This document shows, one piece after another, positions 1 to 13,106 of a stretch of 32,000 bases of DNA. A model generated the notes under the pieces. That model was not told the DNA's origin and ran no database searches. It saw nothing but the letters and a program-made list of their open reading frames with translations. The stretch's first letter is position 1. Every line of letters starts with the position of its first letter. The translations under genes were made by a program, and so were the position numbers. This stretch comes from Zygophlyctis sp. KS116. Taxonomy: Eukaryota; Fungi; Chytridiomycota. Location of the stretch: NCBI GenBank assembly GCA_054661495.1, contig BAAFSQ010000004.1:1-32000 (forward strand). The letters are read 5' to 3'.

Positions 1-994
1 AAATTTCCAATATTGGCTGGAATGGACCCAGTGAATTCATTTTCGTAAAGACCACTTTGCATAAATAATGGAAAATAATTACAGATAAGTTAAATTATTC
101 AAATTCCAAAGGTCTGCTGGAATTGGCCCAGAGATCTGACTCGTGCCAATGCCACTTAAAATTAAATTGAAGAAAATAATTACAACTCGACCAAATTCGT
201 TAATTTCCCAATACCTTTGAATATTTCCTCCTTATTTTGATTCATAACAATCTTGTCAAGATAACTTTAATTGAGTTAACAGAATTAATTACAGCACTTC
301 TAATTTTTTCAAATTCAAAATCACGGTAGGGAATGATCTACTGAGTGAATTGTCCATAAGATCCCTTTACTTCAACATAGGATAGAAATTACAAATAAGT
401 CAGACTTTCCAAATTTTGAAATTCTCGAGGAACCTCCCCAACTAATTTATTGGTCAAAAGATCTCTGCTATATCAGTTATTCTAATAGTTACAGTTTTTT
501 CAAACTTGTCAATTTTCCAATTTCTTTTGGAATTGATCCACTGAGTTCATTGAGCGACAAAACACTTTAATATCAATTAGACTAATATTTACAGTGTCTG
601 CAAACTTGTCAATTTTCCAATTTCTTTTGGAATTGATCCAGATAGTTCTTGCTCTGACCATTCTATCATCAGAATAGTAGTATTTTGGGGATTGCAAGTT
701 ACTCCAGTCATTGGCTTCGTACAACAACTGCTATCATTGGCCGATATTCCAGAAGGAATTTCCTTTTTCATAAGATTCCAGGATCGGACAACCCAACAGC
801 ATTGATGAGATTTTTTACGATCGCACTTTGGAGAGGTAGATTTTACTCCTGAGCTTGATGATCCTTTTTTAGGCTGATTCGATGATTTTCCTTTAGAACG
901 CTTCAATAAATTTCCCATAGACTGATTCGATGAATTTTTTTTGGCTGCAGTTAGCATGCTAGTAGATAAGAGAAGAACCAAGTGCAGAGATCAT
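1..994 (-). CDS. Secreted-type LRR protein, one LRR per exon; paralogue of 21617-25135. Runs off the left edge; the 5' end may be frameshifted
   Basis: Exon 1 encodes the same Cys-rich cap (CCWVVRSWNLMKKEIPSGI..SCCTKPMTGVTC) as the gene at 21617. It is followed by ~72-nt exons (LSGSIPKEIGKLTSL type; one is 81 nt) separated by ~28-nt GT-AG introns. The ATG at 994 is out of frame with the signal-like segment beginning at 981. Confidence 0.8.
501..640. repeat. Exact 40-nt direct repeat (501-540 = 601-640) in adjacent LRR exons
   Basis: caaacttgtcaattttccaatttcttttggaattgatcca occurs twice, 100 nt apart. Confidence 0.95.
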
Positions 995-1271
995 TATTTA
1001 TTTTTTTACAAGATGTCCCACCCGAAATGCTCCTTTTATATCCGTTGCTATCCCACCCAGATGACATTGACTGTCCCACCTATGAATGACGTAAATCAAT
1101 TTAATTACTAAAAGGTGAGATGGACTCTGACAGTAAGTAGATATATAAAGAATAAATATAATCGTACCATTGCTCATGGCAAAATCAGTACGATTACTCC
1201 AAGGATGGAAAGATTATTCTGTCTAGATTTCTTATAATTGTGGATTAAAATAGATTTACAAAAGATAAAAG

Positions 1272-2283
1272 ATGAGCGATGAGGTTTCATGCATTGATAT
1301 TCTACAGGAACAGGAAGAATTAGTTCAAGAAGCAGCGTCTTTATTTGCGTTTAAAACTGATAAATGTTCAATCGGAACTCTCAAAAGACAGAGAATATAT
1401 GCATGTTTAACTTGTTCGGAAAAGACTCCAATTGTAAGTATTATCTATAATTTGTAGGGAATTTGTTATTCTTGTCATATATCATGTCATACAACTCATC
1501 ATATTATTCCACTAGAACTTAAAAGGAATTTCTCTTGTGATTGTGGAGCTAATGGATCCTGTAACTTTAGTCGTGAAATTGTATCAAGATCTAGTAATTC
1601 TTATAATCAAAACTTTACTGGTAAATTCTGTATTTGTGAATCTATATATGACGATGATGAAGAATCAGTCATGTTTCAATGTCTATTATGTGAAGACTGG
1701 GTAACATTGTATTTTTCTTTAATACTAGTTTCATGATCATTGTTTATCTCAAACTCCTCCTATTGAATCTGATGAATATATTTGTTCTGGTTGTATTACT
1801 CAAAATTCTTTTCTTTTAGGATACTCTGGAAATCCAAATTTTGTATTTAGTTCAAATCCATTACTGGTTGTAAAAACCTCGGCGTGTCCATTGGTAAACA
1901 GTCATGATTTTCTTTATGACTCTAAATCTAGAATAGATGCATTCTTGTTAAATAATTGGAAAAGTGCTCTCTGTCAATGTCTAGACTGTATTAAACTATT
2001 ACAAGATTCAAATTTAAATTATTTATTGGAAAAGGAAGAAATTTGGGAGCCAGAATTAGATCCTAGTGCATTAGTAAATCCTTTTGATTTAGGAATACAA
2101 GAATTATCTAGACTAGATAGGAGCATGACATTAGAAGGAATACATGCATTTGATAAACTAAAGGAATCATTGTATGAAAATTTATTAATACCATGCATGC
2201 AAAGACAAGAGACTGTAACTCAAGAACAAATTAAAGATTGGTTTCAGGAATATTTAGAAAAGATGAAATGTATAAACTCTTAA
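1272..2283 (+). CDS. UBR7: UBR7-like E3 ligase (UBR box + PHD-like finger)
   Basis: RQRIYACLTC..GICYSCHISCH..KRNFSCDCG, YNQNFTGKFCIC and MFQCLLCEDWFHDHC after removing introns 1434-1457 and 1701-1728. Confidence 0.9.
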
Positions 2284-2316
2284 TAAAGTGAGAAAAATTT
2301 ACAAAGTGAAAATATA

Positions 2317-4411
2317 ATGGAAAATCTTGATATTCTCTTCCAAAAACAGTCTTGTTTGGACGATACGTTCCCAGTGTTTAATAGGATAAAGGCCGATTCA
2401 GTCAAACTAACGAGAATTCTGTCCAGGACGAATGCAACTGCTCAAAAGATTTCTGGAAAAATTAGAGATTTGGATTTTGAAGCTCAAAACTTACAAAAAA
2501 CTTGCGATTTAATTTCTACTATTTCTAGACTCAAGAGAGAAGCGGTCGCTGTTTGTAAAGCGCTAGAGGAAAATGAATTTGGACAGGCTGCCGATTATGT
2601 TCAAAATTATCTAAAAACAGACAAGAAAATACTGGAAATTTATTCAAAAGGGATTCTAGGAAGTCATTTACTTTCTCAAAATATCTCTCCAATAGATTTC
2701 TTTTTATCGGCGCAAAAGGAATTAACGCTTCGTATCACTAGTGATTTCGATGATGCGATGCAGAGAGGAGATAAGGAACAAATGTCATTGACTTTAAAAC
2801 TCTTTCCTAAAGTTGGTGCTGAAAGTTTGGGAATTGAGAAATTTATTTTATATTTATCTGGTTTAGTCGCAAAACAGGGTCAAGAAATTAAACAAGATCC
2901 AAGTCAAGTTAAGAGATTACATGTTAAATTAATTAATGATGTTTCTGAAACTGTGGCGGTAATTATTGATCAACAAGAGTCATTAGTACAAGGAATTTTT
3001 GGAATAGATAATGTCAAATTAATGATTTCAAGACTTAAAAAAGAAGCAGATAATCAATTTAATATCATATTAACTGCTTTTGCAGAATTTTATCAGTTAT
3101 CTAGGATAATTCATGATATTAAAAAATCAGACAAGGAAGAATCAGAAAAGATGGAAAATGCATTGTTAGAACCTAGGAATTTAGATAATATTCTGGGAGA
3201 TATTGCATTTATATGTCAAAAGAATAGGTTTTTTGAAAAGTTTATACAAGTGCGACTTTCTCTAAAGGATTTGGAACCGGATCCAAGAGTTAAAAAGGGA
3301 ATTGAAGAACTTATAACAGTTTTTATTACTGTTCAAGAGTTTTATGTAAAGATTAGTGTTCAAAAAGCTTTAGAAATTGATGAAAGAGAGAATTCTTGTA
3401 TAACTTCTTCTTCTGTGGATGATGTCTTTTTTATACTCAAAAATGCATCAAGAAGATCTCTGTCTTCATTTAATCCTATTCTATTAACTTCAACACTGTC
3501 TTCTATTAGTCTTGTTTTGGATCAAGTTTACATGACTTTTTTAATTTCAAAGCTTCATCACGCCTCTGGAATCATTGAAGGAAAAGAAGGAAGATCTCAA
3601 TTTATTGTAATGAATTTTATATTAAAATTTAGGTTTTTTTAAATAATCTTGATGCATGTTACGATAATATTAAGACTCTTTCGTCTTATATAGACGGAGA
3701 AGCAAGTAAATTATGGAGTAAGGACCCTGAAGTAACCTCTCAAAAGATAAAGTCTGCCCTTACTTCACTAGTAGAAGAAGCCAATAGTTTTAGAAATGCT
3801 TCAAAGGTATGTCTTTAAATAAATTAAAATAATAGAGCTGGAATGAAAACTTGTTTACTCAAGTTCTTAGATCACGACTAAAACCATTAATAATGCAAGC
3901 ATTTGGCGGTGATGTTAAATATATACTAAATTCTGATGAATATGCTGATATGCAGGCAAACCAAGTATTTTTGAATAGATTTGTTGCTGGATTTTCCAAA
4001 GTTATTGGATTTTACAAGGTTTGTTACATTGTTTAAAAGTCTTAGAGAACCTTGACTACTTTCAACTATAATCATATATTCACATTTATTATAGATCATA
4101 TTTTCAAAGAATGGGAAAATTATATAATGTCTATTCGCTTTAATCTCTTGGGAGCGACTAAATTTGACGAGGATTTAAGAGCTGTTTGCGCTTATTTGGC
4201 AACCATGTCTACTTTTGGTTTTAGGGAGCGTTTTGCCCGTCTTAGTCAGATATCAACAGTATTGAATTTAGATTCTGTACTAGAGATTTATGAGTATTGG
4301 GGATCAAGAAAAGGATCGCTTGCATGGAAATTGTCTGGCGCTGAAGTTAAGAAAATTTTGAATTTGCGAATTGAATTCCAACAGGAAGAAATCAATAAAT
4401 TGAAACTGTAA
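2317..4411 (+). CDS. COG4: Conserved oligomeric Golgi complex subunit 4
   Basis: SSSVDDVFFILK..RRSLSS, FLNNLD, RFNLLGATKFDEDLR, RERFARLSQI..LNL and WKLSGAEVKKILNLR; introns 3607-3632, 3807-3835, 4019-4045. Confidence 0.9.
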
Positions 4412-5849
4412 TGTACGACTCTAGTGAAACAAATTCCGGAAGTAGTATTGCTCCTGATACTTCATCATCCAATCATTGCCATGGGAATCTTGACGCATCT
4501 TTAGCGGTGTCGTTATCGCAGGAAATGGATATATCAGAACTTAATGCATTGAACGACTCTTTATCAGTGACTTTAACACCCATAAAGCAAACTGATAGAC
4601 GAGTCGGATACGTTTTTCATCCTCGATTATTGTAATAATTTCTATTAATATTTAGAGTCGCTGCCGATAGACTGCCTTCAAATTTGGAGAGAGTATGACT
4701 GAATATTTTAATCATAGTCATCATATACTCACAAACTAATAGAGGCATACGGCTTAAATAATTGCATGTCCATAATTACGCCAAAACCAGCAACTAGAGA
4801 ACAGTTGCTGGAATTTCATAGTACAGAATTTACTGGTATTTCCAAGATTAACTAAAAAATAGATTTTATATTAAGTGCAGAGGATCAAGAAGATACTGAA
4901 TCAAGTGAATATTTGGAAAAATTGGAGGAATTCGGACTTGAAAGTGATTGTCCAGTTTTTAAGGGGATGCGAGATTATGTTCAATGGGTTTCCGGTGGAT
5001 CTATTTCTGCTGCACAGGCATTATGTGATAATAGTTTTGATGTCACAATTGCTTGGGATGGTGGAAGGCATCATAGTGGTAGGAGTCATGCAGCAGGTTT
5101 TTGTTATGTTAATGATATTGTATTGGCTATATTTGAGCTCCACAAGGTTTATCAAAAAGTATTGTATATAGATATTGATATACATCATGGTGATGGAGTA
5201 GAGAAGGCTTTTGAATTATCTCCTAGAGTATTTACACTATCTTTTCACAGATTTGATTCAGGATTCTTTCCAGGTAGTTTACATGAGTTTATTTTTAGGA
5301 ACTGGGACATTGGGTGATGTTGGATATGGTAAAGGATTATTTCACTCTTTAAATATACCTCTTCGGTCTGGACTAAATGGTTCGAATTTTTTAAATATCT
5401 TTCAAAAAGTTGTAGAAAATACGATACAAAATTATAAGCCTGATGCTATTGTAATGCAATGTGGTGTAGATGGTTTATTTGGTGATCCGTTGGGAGGAAA
5501 GTGGAATTTAGATATTAAGAGTGTTGGTTTAGCAGTTAAAAATGTTCTTGGTTACAAAATCCCAACACTTTTACTGGGTGGGGGTGGTTATGAGAAGGCA
5601 TTGGCTGCAAGATGTTGGACTTATTGTACAGCTGTGACCCTTGAACTGGAGGAAATTCTGCCAACTGACATACCAGAACATGTTTATTTTTCAGATTACG
5701 GGCCAGATTTTACTATATTTTGTGATCCTGGGAATCAGCAAGATAGAAATGAAATAGGAGAGTACTCTGATAATTTGCTAGAAGAAGCGCTGAATTTACT
5801 AGGAAGATTAAAGATTGATGGGAAGCAACAGAATGAAAATAATACGTGA
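4411..5849 (+). CDS. Class I histone deacetylase, HDAC8/Hos1-like (start at 4411 or the in-frame Met near 4525)
   Basis: DRLPSN..RS, FGLESDCP, WDGGRHH, GFCYVNDIV, YIDIDIHHGDGVE, FFPGTG, QCGVDGL.GDP, LGGGGY; introns 4632-4655, 4693-4717, 4836-4862, 5274-5298. Confidence 0.9.
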
Positions 5850-5864
5850 TTTATTAGAAATAAT

Positions 5865-7166
5865 CTAAATAGTACTCTTGCTTTTTTGATTTTTGAGCTC
5901 CAACTTGTATAAATCAAATGTTCTTCCTAGAGTCTTTTGAACTAAAAGATCGTGTTTAAGTTGTGTACGCCAATTTGAATGACGATGATATCTATGTACT
6001 GCAAAGGCCTTTGGAAGAACCATAAAATCAAATCCTGCGTATTGCATTGCCATCGCATTAGCTCTTTTATTAAATCCATCTTTAAATTAGAATTATAAAT
6101 TAAAGTACATCCTCTAAACCGCTCACTAAACTCTGGTATCAAATCCTTTTGAGCTATAAAGTATGGTTCATAGTAAGCATCCAAAACATTAGCCTTTTTA
6201 TGAACTTGATATACCTCTGAAGAAGATAACCATTTAGTATAATCTGTGAGATTCTGAACTCGTGTAATCTTTAAATGCTTTGGTTCAGAGGAATTCCCAT
6301 GGCACCAGTCCTTAAGATCATGTTTAGAATAACTAATCCGACTCATTTTCTTTGAATGAAACGGAATTAACCTTCCCGTTGAACAATACTGTCGTAATTC
6401 CTTCATATCGAATTCAGATGGCATAACTTCCTTTTCAAATATCCATTCAAAAACCGGAACTACTAGAGCCAAAGGTGATTTGGATTTTTGCAATAAATGC
6501 ATATGATCAGCTATAATATCTTTTGCTTTATGAGACATACTAAAGTCCACATCCAAAGAAAATGCATAATTTGATTTACATTGTCTTAATGCCAAATTCC
6601 GTAAAGCATTAATTGGGTATAAGAGATCATAAGGATGAATAGATGCTTTAGATTGCCTTGTTTTATCATAAGCATACAATAAAGATAAGTCTATTTTTGC
6701 ATCATAGTTTAAACGAAGCTTTAGTTTTGCATCCAATTGTTCCATTCTAACAATCAGTTCTGGTTACTTACATGTAATCTATTTCACCATCCTTTTCAAT
6801 ATACAAAGCTACAGATATGTACGCATTCCAAGACGCTGCTAATTCAATAAATGCATCCAATCTATCAACTGATAGTTGCGTAAATAGACATACGTCGTCA
6901 TTGGCGACTGGTTCCAACGACCCAAAAGACTTGTAATCTTTTTTGATTTTGTAATCAATGACCTGTCCAACATATCGACCATCATCATTGTCGAAACTAA
7001 TCGGCACAGTTTCAGAATACACAAGATCCAAGAGATTTTCCCGTCCAAAATCAGCAGGCTCATTAGGGAAAATAGCACTCATAACAACAAAATAAACTGT
7101 AAGGAATCCAACCACATAAACACTCAAACGGATAACTTTTTTTGCAGTAGAAAATCGTTTAATCAT
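5865..7166 (-). CDS. Type II membrane glycosyltransferase, GT49 (LARGE/B4GAT1-like)
   Basis: N-terminal TM, TQLSVDRL, ISVALY, YPINALRNLA, DVD motif, YYEPY and FSERFRGYGFNK (restored by intron 6108-6080); a second intron lies at 6771-6747. Confidence 0.85.
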
Positions 7167-7167
7167 A

Positions 7168-8766
7168 TTATTCTTCAGCTAGGGCCAAATCGTCAAAGTC
7201 GTCCAACAAATCATCAACATCAATGACTGGGAAATCATGTTCAGAGGCTTCTTCATCTTGATCCATATCTTGATCATTTTCTGTCTTGACAATAGCCTTT
7301 TTAACTGGGACAGGTGCTTTGTAAAGGTTAATCATTGAACGAAGTTCTGGATCTTCTTCAATGTCACGTAAAAAGGTTTCATAGTCTTGTTCTGCCTTTG
7401 ACTTTTCAGCTTTTGTCTTTGTTGTTTCTAATTCAGCTTCTTTAGCCATATTCTTTAGTCTCCAATTTCTTCTCTTTGACTTTTTACGTGCATGAGGATA
7501 AGATTTTTTAACCAAGACTATATCTGGAATAGTTCCTTGAGCTCTTCCAACATTCAAAACTTCCCAATTCTCATTATTGAAATTTGCAAGAGTTAAATCA
7601 TAACCAAGAACATGATCTCCAGGATTTAAAATATATCCCAAATGAGTTCTAGTGATAAATGTTTTAGATAAATCATTTGTTTTGGCCAATTCAACAATAG
7701 CTAATGCATTCTTTCCAGATCTTTGAGACTCTAATTGTACATCAATCACATAAAATTCAGTCAATTCTTTTGAGTCACAAAGAGGTTTAAATGGTTCATC
7801 CCAGTATTGACTTGTACGAAGTTCCACAACTTTATATCAGCATTAAGAAAGTACCTTGCAATGAATTAAAATCTAATAAATTTAAATTATTACTAACTCT
7901 TGAGCAAAGAACAAGAGGACTAATGCATGATAATGAACGTGCCATTTTAGGAGACATACAAATTAAATCATCCTTTAAAAAATTTAATTAAGTCTAATTA
8001 CCTTGCATAGTGGGACAATTTCTACTGAATAAGTAAATTTAAAACTTGAAGTTCCTGAATGAATATCTGATGATAGTAATTCTTCAGATGTTTTCATTCT
8101 AATTGGTACTACTGATTGTAAAAATTCAACCATTTTTATCGCATGACCTCTTTGAACATAATAAAAATCTAATCCATCTTTAAATTCCTTAATATTTGTA
8201 GTATCTCTATGCGCATTATGTCGAAGTATAATCTGTTCCAACCAAAAAAAAGTTCTTTTATGTAGCACTTTTTGTCTGACTTGTACAACTGCTTTCCATG
8301 TCAATTGTGCAGCAATTCTAGTACATTCATCACATATTTGACCGCAAACAATATATTCAACCACAAAAACTTGTTGTAGAATAGTATTAGCATAAACCTG
8401 CTGTTGTATACTTAACTTAACCTTGATCCTCTTTGAATGCGGTTCAGTCCAAATAAACCCAGCATCTATGAGCCTTACTTTTGAAAGACCTTTTAGTTTT
8501 TTCAGACAGATTGATAGTAATTGCCTTGATTCCAACTCTGCATTGACCCATTGATGAGGCGGTTGAAGATAACGATTGCATCCTTTACAATGATGAAGAG
8601 TCACTTGTTTAGGAATTCCTTCTGAAATATCGACTTCTGATCTGATGCAATGAATGCAAAGATTAGATGGATTGGGAGGGATCAATACTCCGCATGCAGC
8701 ACACAAGATCCTTTCCTGTCCGGTTGAATAGCTGTTTACAATTTCCATTCCACTGTCGATTTCCAT
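7168..8766 (-). CDS. NMD3: 60S ribosomal export adaptor NMD3
   Basis: ILCAACGVLIPPN..LCIHC, RLIDAGFIWTEPHSKRIKVK, VQVRQKV.HKRTF, acidic C-terminus with NES-like LLDDFDDL; introns 8001-7973 and 7854-7830. Confidence 0.95.
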
Positions 8767-9005
8767 TTTTGAATTTTTTATAGTGTCTGGGCTTGAGCAT
8801 GAAACTTATAGTAGCCCACCCATTTACAATTTTACTTTTTACTTTTACAGCACTTGTCCGATCTTGTCCAATGTTGCCATACCTTGTCCAATGTTGTCTG
8901 ATAGCAAAAAATCCATAAGTAAGATTCATGTCTCCATCAGAGGACTTAACTCCATCCCGTGTATGGCCAATACTAAATTTCCGATTTTTAGTAAATTTCC
9001 AGATA

Positions 9006-9648
9006 ATGGGAAGGAAAGAAGCCAAACAAGAGACTCCTCTCCATAAAGTTATCATGGTCGGCACAGGAGGAGTTGGGAAATCTGCTCTAACTTTACAATA
9101 CATGTATTTTAAAAATATTAATTAGAGGTATGGGGATTTTACAGAAGATTATGATCCAACTAAAGCTGATTCTTATCGTAAATTAACTTCATTCGATGGA
9201 AAAGATACTAATATCGACATTCTAGATACTGCCGGACAGGTAATGTTTGGATTTTTAATTTAAGGAGGAATATGCGGCAATCAGAGATAATTATTATAGA
9301 TCAGGAGAAGGATTTATTTGTGTTTTTTCAATTATTGAAAAGGAAAGTTTCTCTAGAACTAGAGATTTTAGAGATCAGATTTGTAGAGTATTAGATAATG
9401 AAAAAGTTCCATTTGTACTAGTTGGTAATAAATGCGATTTAGCGGCAAAGAGGCAAGTTTCTAGAAAAGAAGGTGAAGCATTGGCATCAGAATGGGGTTG
9501 CTGTTATATTGAAACATCTGCAAAAACAAAGGAGAATGTTAATGATGCTTATTTGAAAATCTTGCGGTTAATACGAGATAAAAAGGCCGCTGATGGTTCC
9601 CATCATACAAAGTCAAAGAACAAATCTAGAAAATGTACCATTTTATAA
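9006..9648 (+). CDS. RAL: Ral-family small GTPase
   Basis: [20 protein letters not shown], effector loop [45 protein letters not shown] and C-terminal CTIL CaaX box; introns 9104-9127 and 9240-9264. Confidence 0.9.
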
Positions 9649-9670
9649 TGAAAAATAATCTATTATTGCA

Positions 9671-12600
9671 CTACTTTCGTAATTTCTTTTTGGATTTCTT
9701 CTTGTTGATTAGTCCTTTAGGATCATAGATTCCATTAGACTCTCCAGCATGCTTAGACGCTAAACTAGCAGCCAAATCTTTTTGTAATTTACGCTTTTTT
9801 TTAGAATCTGGATTTTTAATAGAAACAATGTTGGATCCACCATTGATCTTGACATTTCCCCAATCTTCATCTGTGCCGCCAATTTTAAAACTTGTGTAAA
9901 TTTAGTAAAATCTTACTTTGAAAGATCGAGATTATTTAGAGCTTCAAGTTGTTTAGCTTCATAATTCTTTAATTCTTCATTTCCAGCCTCGTCCAAATCA
10001 TCATTCAAGGACTTACTTAAAGGATCCCAGGCTTCTTCATCATCAACATCTTTTGATGCCTTTTCATCACCCTTGTATTTTTGTGCCATTTGTATTTTAG
10101 CCTTGTCATCATTCTCCTTAATTTCTGTTTCTATCCCTTTTTCAACAATCGAATTTAGATATCCACTTGCCTTTCTAATAGATTTTCCTAATAATGCGAG
10201 AATTTGACTGACAGGAATTTCCAAGTCTTTTGACAAATCATCAATAGTCTTCTTCTGTAGACCAACGCCTGCAATAATTGCAGATTGAACTGCAGAGAGC
10301 TTGACTATGCTTGACTCACTTGCTATTTCTGCTTTTCTTTGGAGTCGGTTCATAAAATAGCATTTGGCCAATGCACAAAGCAAATCCATAATGACATGAT
10401 AATCTAGCAAGTTTTGAGAGTAAGAACTAAGGCGCTTCAAATCAAAGGGCGTGAAGTGGCGGAACACCTCATCATAATTATCGATATTGGCTAATATGTC
10501 AAATGAATAAAAAATTACATGATACTCGGTCATTTTCTGAATTGATAACCTTACTCGAGACTTGATTTGAATCAGATGAAGCGTCAATAATACTAAGAAC
10601 GAGTAGAGGAGAAAATGTTCGGAACTGATATGCAAGAAGTTCAAGGAATCTACGCCTAAAATCTTTTGAAAAATCAGAAAGCCATGATCCATTTCCTACT
10701 ACAACGTCGCTTCCTGGAGCCTGCAAAGTTTTGAGCATAATGCAAGTATGCTCTCCCGTTAGATCATTAGCTGTTTGACGCAAATAAACTGGCTTATATC
10801 CCGAGCGCTTCCAGAACTTATGAAGCGGTGCAGTGAGCCCATAAGAAACACCCAACCATTGAAGCTGTTCTTTTAGTGGGCGCTGTGAGAGCTTGAGGAG
10901 CATAGGAGGCATAGATGAAGCATCACGCACCTTGATGTTTTCAGTTAAAATATTCGAATCTTCCATTTCTTCATCAGTAACTCGCGGCATTTCTTGAATT
11001 ATAGAGTCTTCTTCAGCCAAGGACTGAATTTTTCCCGAAAAATATTCTTCTAATTGTTCCAGCGCCCTACTACCGTATCCCATACTACTATAATCAGGAT
11101 GTGTTGCGATTCTCACTACACGGCCTCCTGACAATGTTGCAAAGTCATCATCTTGAAACTGCTGTGCCACTACCCAAGGGATTAAATCTCCAGAAGAGCG
11201 AACACCACGAGACAAAGATGATAAAGCTGTGCCTTTAGAAATTGCACCTTCAAGACACACTTGAAGTACACATAGGGGTTCTGGTAGAGATGATGCATTT
11301 TTCTCGTCAATAGGCGGTAGCAGAACAAACAAATGATGCGCAGGAGCGTCACTAAATATCAAAACAAATGAACATACCTGAGTAACTGCAAATCATTTGG
11401 GGAGTTCTTATAATGGCTAGCAACGTACAATGACATCATTTTTTGAAGGAAAGCTTCGGAAACAGGATGATAGCTGAATAAAGTGTCACGATTAACATAG
11501 TATAGCTCACACATTGATGGATGAGGACATCCAACATTAGCGCGCATTTTACTAAAATCAGGATTGCAGCAGTTTAGACATAATAAATTATTGAGCCAAT
11601 TTTCTACAGCATCATTTCGACCATAACGAATAGGCTCTTCTAGTTTGACTTCCCGAAGAGTTCGTCCACCAATTGAAGGAGAAAGAGTATCTTTCGTTTC
11701 CTTTCCATCTCGTCCCACGTTAACACCATTCATGGAATCACTCTTAACAGTTCGGCTCTGTTCTCTTAACTGCTGAATCAGTTTAAGCGACAATGAACGG
11801 CCTGTTCCTTCATAACCATTTATAGTAGAAGCCATAAACACAAGATAAGGACCCATTAATTTCTTAACAACCGGAAGAGGAATAGCTGCAGCCTCATCTA
11901 TAACTACTAATTCCGCCTGTGCCAATATATGGTGATCAGATGGTTGAATCCACTACAATATAAATCAAAAAAAAATTAATACCTGAATAGTTTGCCGATG
12001 CTCCTTGAAAACATTAACTCTTACAATTGCCTTTTGAAAATCTGGATTATTTGATTGAATAATATCATAATCCAAATGTTCTTTATAATCAAGAGCATCA
12101 AATCCCTTAAAAATAAACTCAAATAGAGTCTTTAAATTCTCTGGTGTTGGAGAGGTTATAAAGATATTAGAATAGCCATATGCCACAGCTGAAGCTATTG
12201 CTAATCCCAATGCAGCAGATTTCCCTCTACCTCTTGCAGCTGTTAAAGTAACTGTAGACCTGAGAGTCTTTTCAGAAATTGCATCTATAAAAGTCAAAAT
12301 TGCTTTTGCCTGATCAATAGTTTTTGCACAAGAGACTAAACTTCCTGTAGGAGACACATCCTTTAAAGAATCTTTCAAATCTACCAATTCCTGATCAACT
12401 TGTTCACTTTCTTCTTGATCCTTTTTAATCGGTTTAACACTTTTACCAGCACTTAAAGGAAGAACATTTAGTTCATCATCAACCACTAAACAGTTTGAAC
12501 AACCACCTAGAGAAAGAATAAATCTCTCATTAAATCTAGCAACCATTTCTTGATGAGATTCAGTTCTATACCTATTTTTTCAAAACATAAACTTGTATAC

Positions 12601-13106
12601 CTAGAATGCACATCCATAGTCATTGCATATAACTGTTTTAGAGATTGCATAGTCTTTAAAAGTAATACAACAATCCCACCACCTTGCACTGTTTCAATAG
12701 TTTTTGCTAGTAAATTTGGAGTCACTGCTTCAAAATCCTGAAGCACCAACATCCCAAAAGTCTGTCCTAGTATTTTATCAGACTCTTTATAGTAATTATA
12801 TCTTATTTCTGTTGAAGACACAAAAAGCTCAAAAGGATTTTCCTGATCCACTTCTCTTATTCCTTTTGCCACTTGTTTCTTGATAAGATTCATTCTCTTT
12901 TTTCTATGAGAAGTAAATCCCAAATCTTTTTTGTAGCACCATAGCACTGATGGTCTTTTTAATTTCAATTTTGAGAGCAAGAAATGCAGAGTCACAACTT
13001 GTTCTCTGCCCTGATCGCCCACAATCACAAAAAAAGATCGATGATTCTGCAAATGACAATTATTAATTAAAGTTGGGATTCTAGAGTCAAGTTTCTTCTT
13101 TTGCAT
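9671..13106 (-). CDS. NAT10: RNA cytidine acetyltransferase NAT10/KRE33
   Basis: [83 protein letters not shown]; introns 12600-12572, 11982-11953, 11377-11352, 10518-10491, 9916-9891. Confidence 0.95.

Noticed and set aside
1168-1185. X-box-like ttgctcatggcaa
   Set aside because: It is an imperfect match and is not next to the ciliary genes.
8663-9103. ORFs 8783-9046 (+) and 8663-9103 (-)
   Set aside because: They lie in the NMD3/Ral divergent promoter, overlap real genes and have no recognisable motif. The short repeat cttgtccaatgttg x2 there is probably regulatory or chance.
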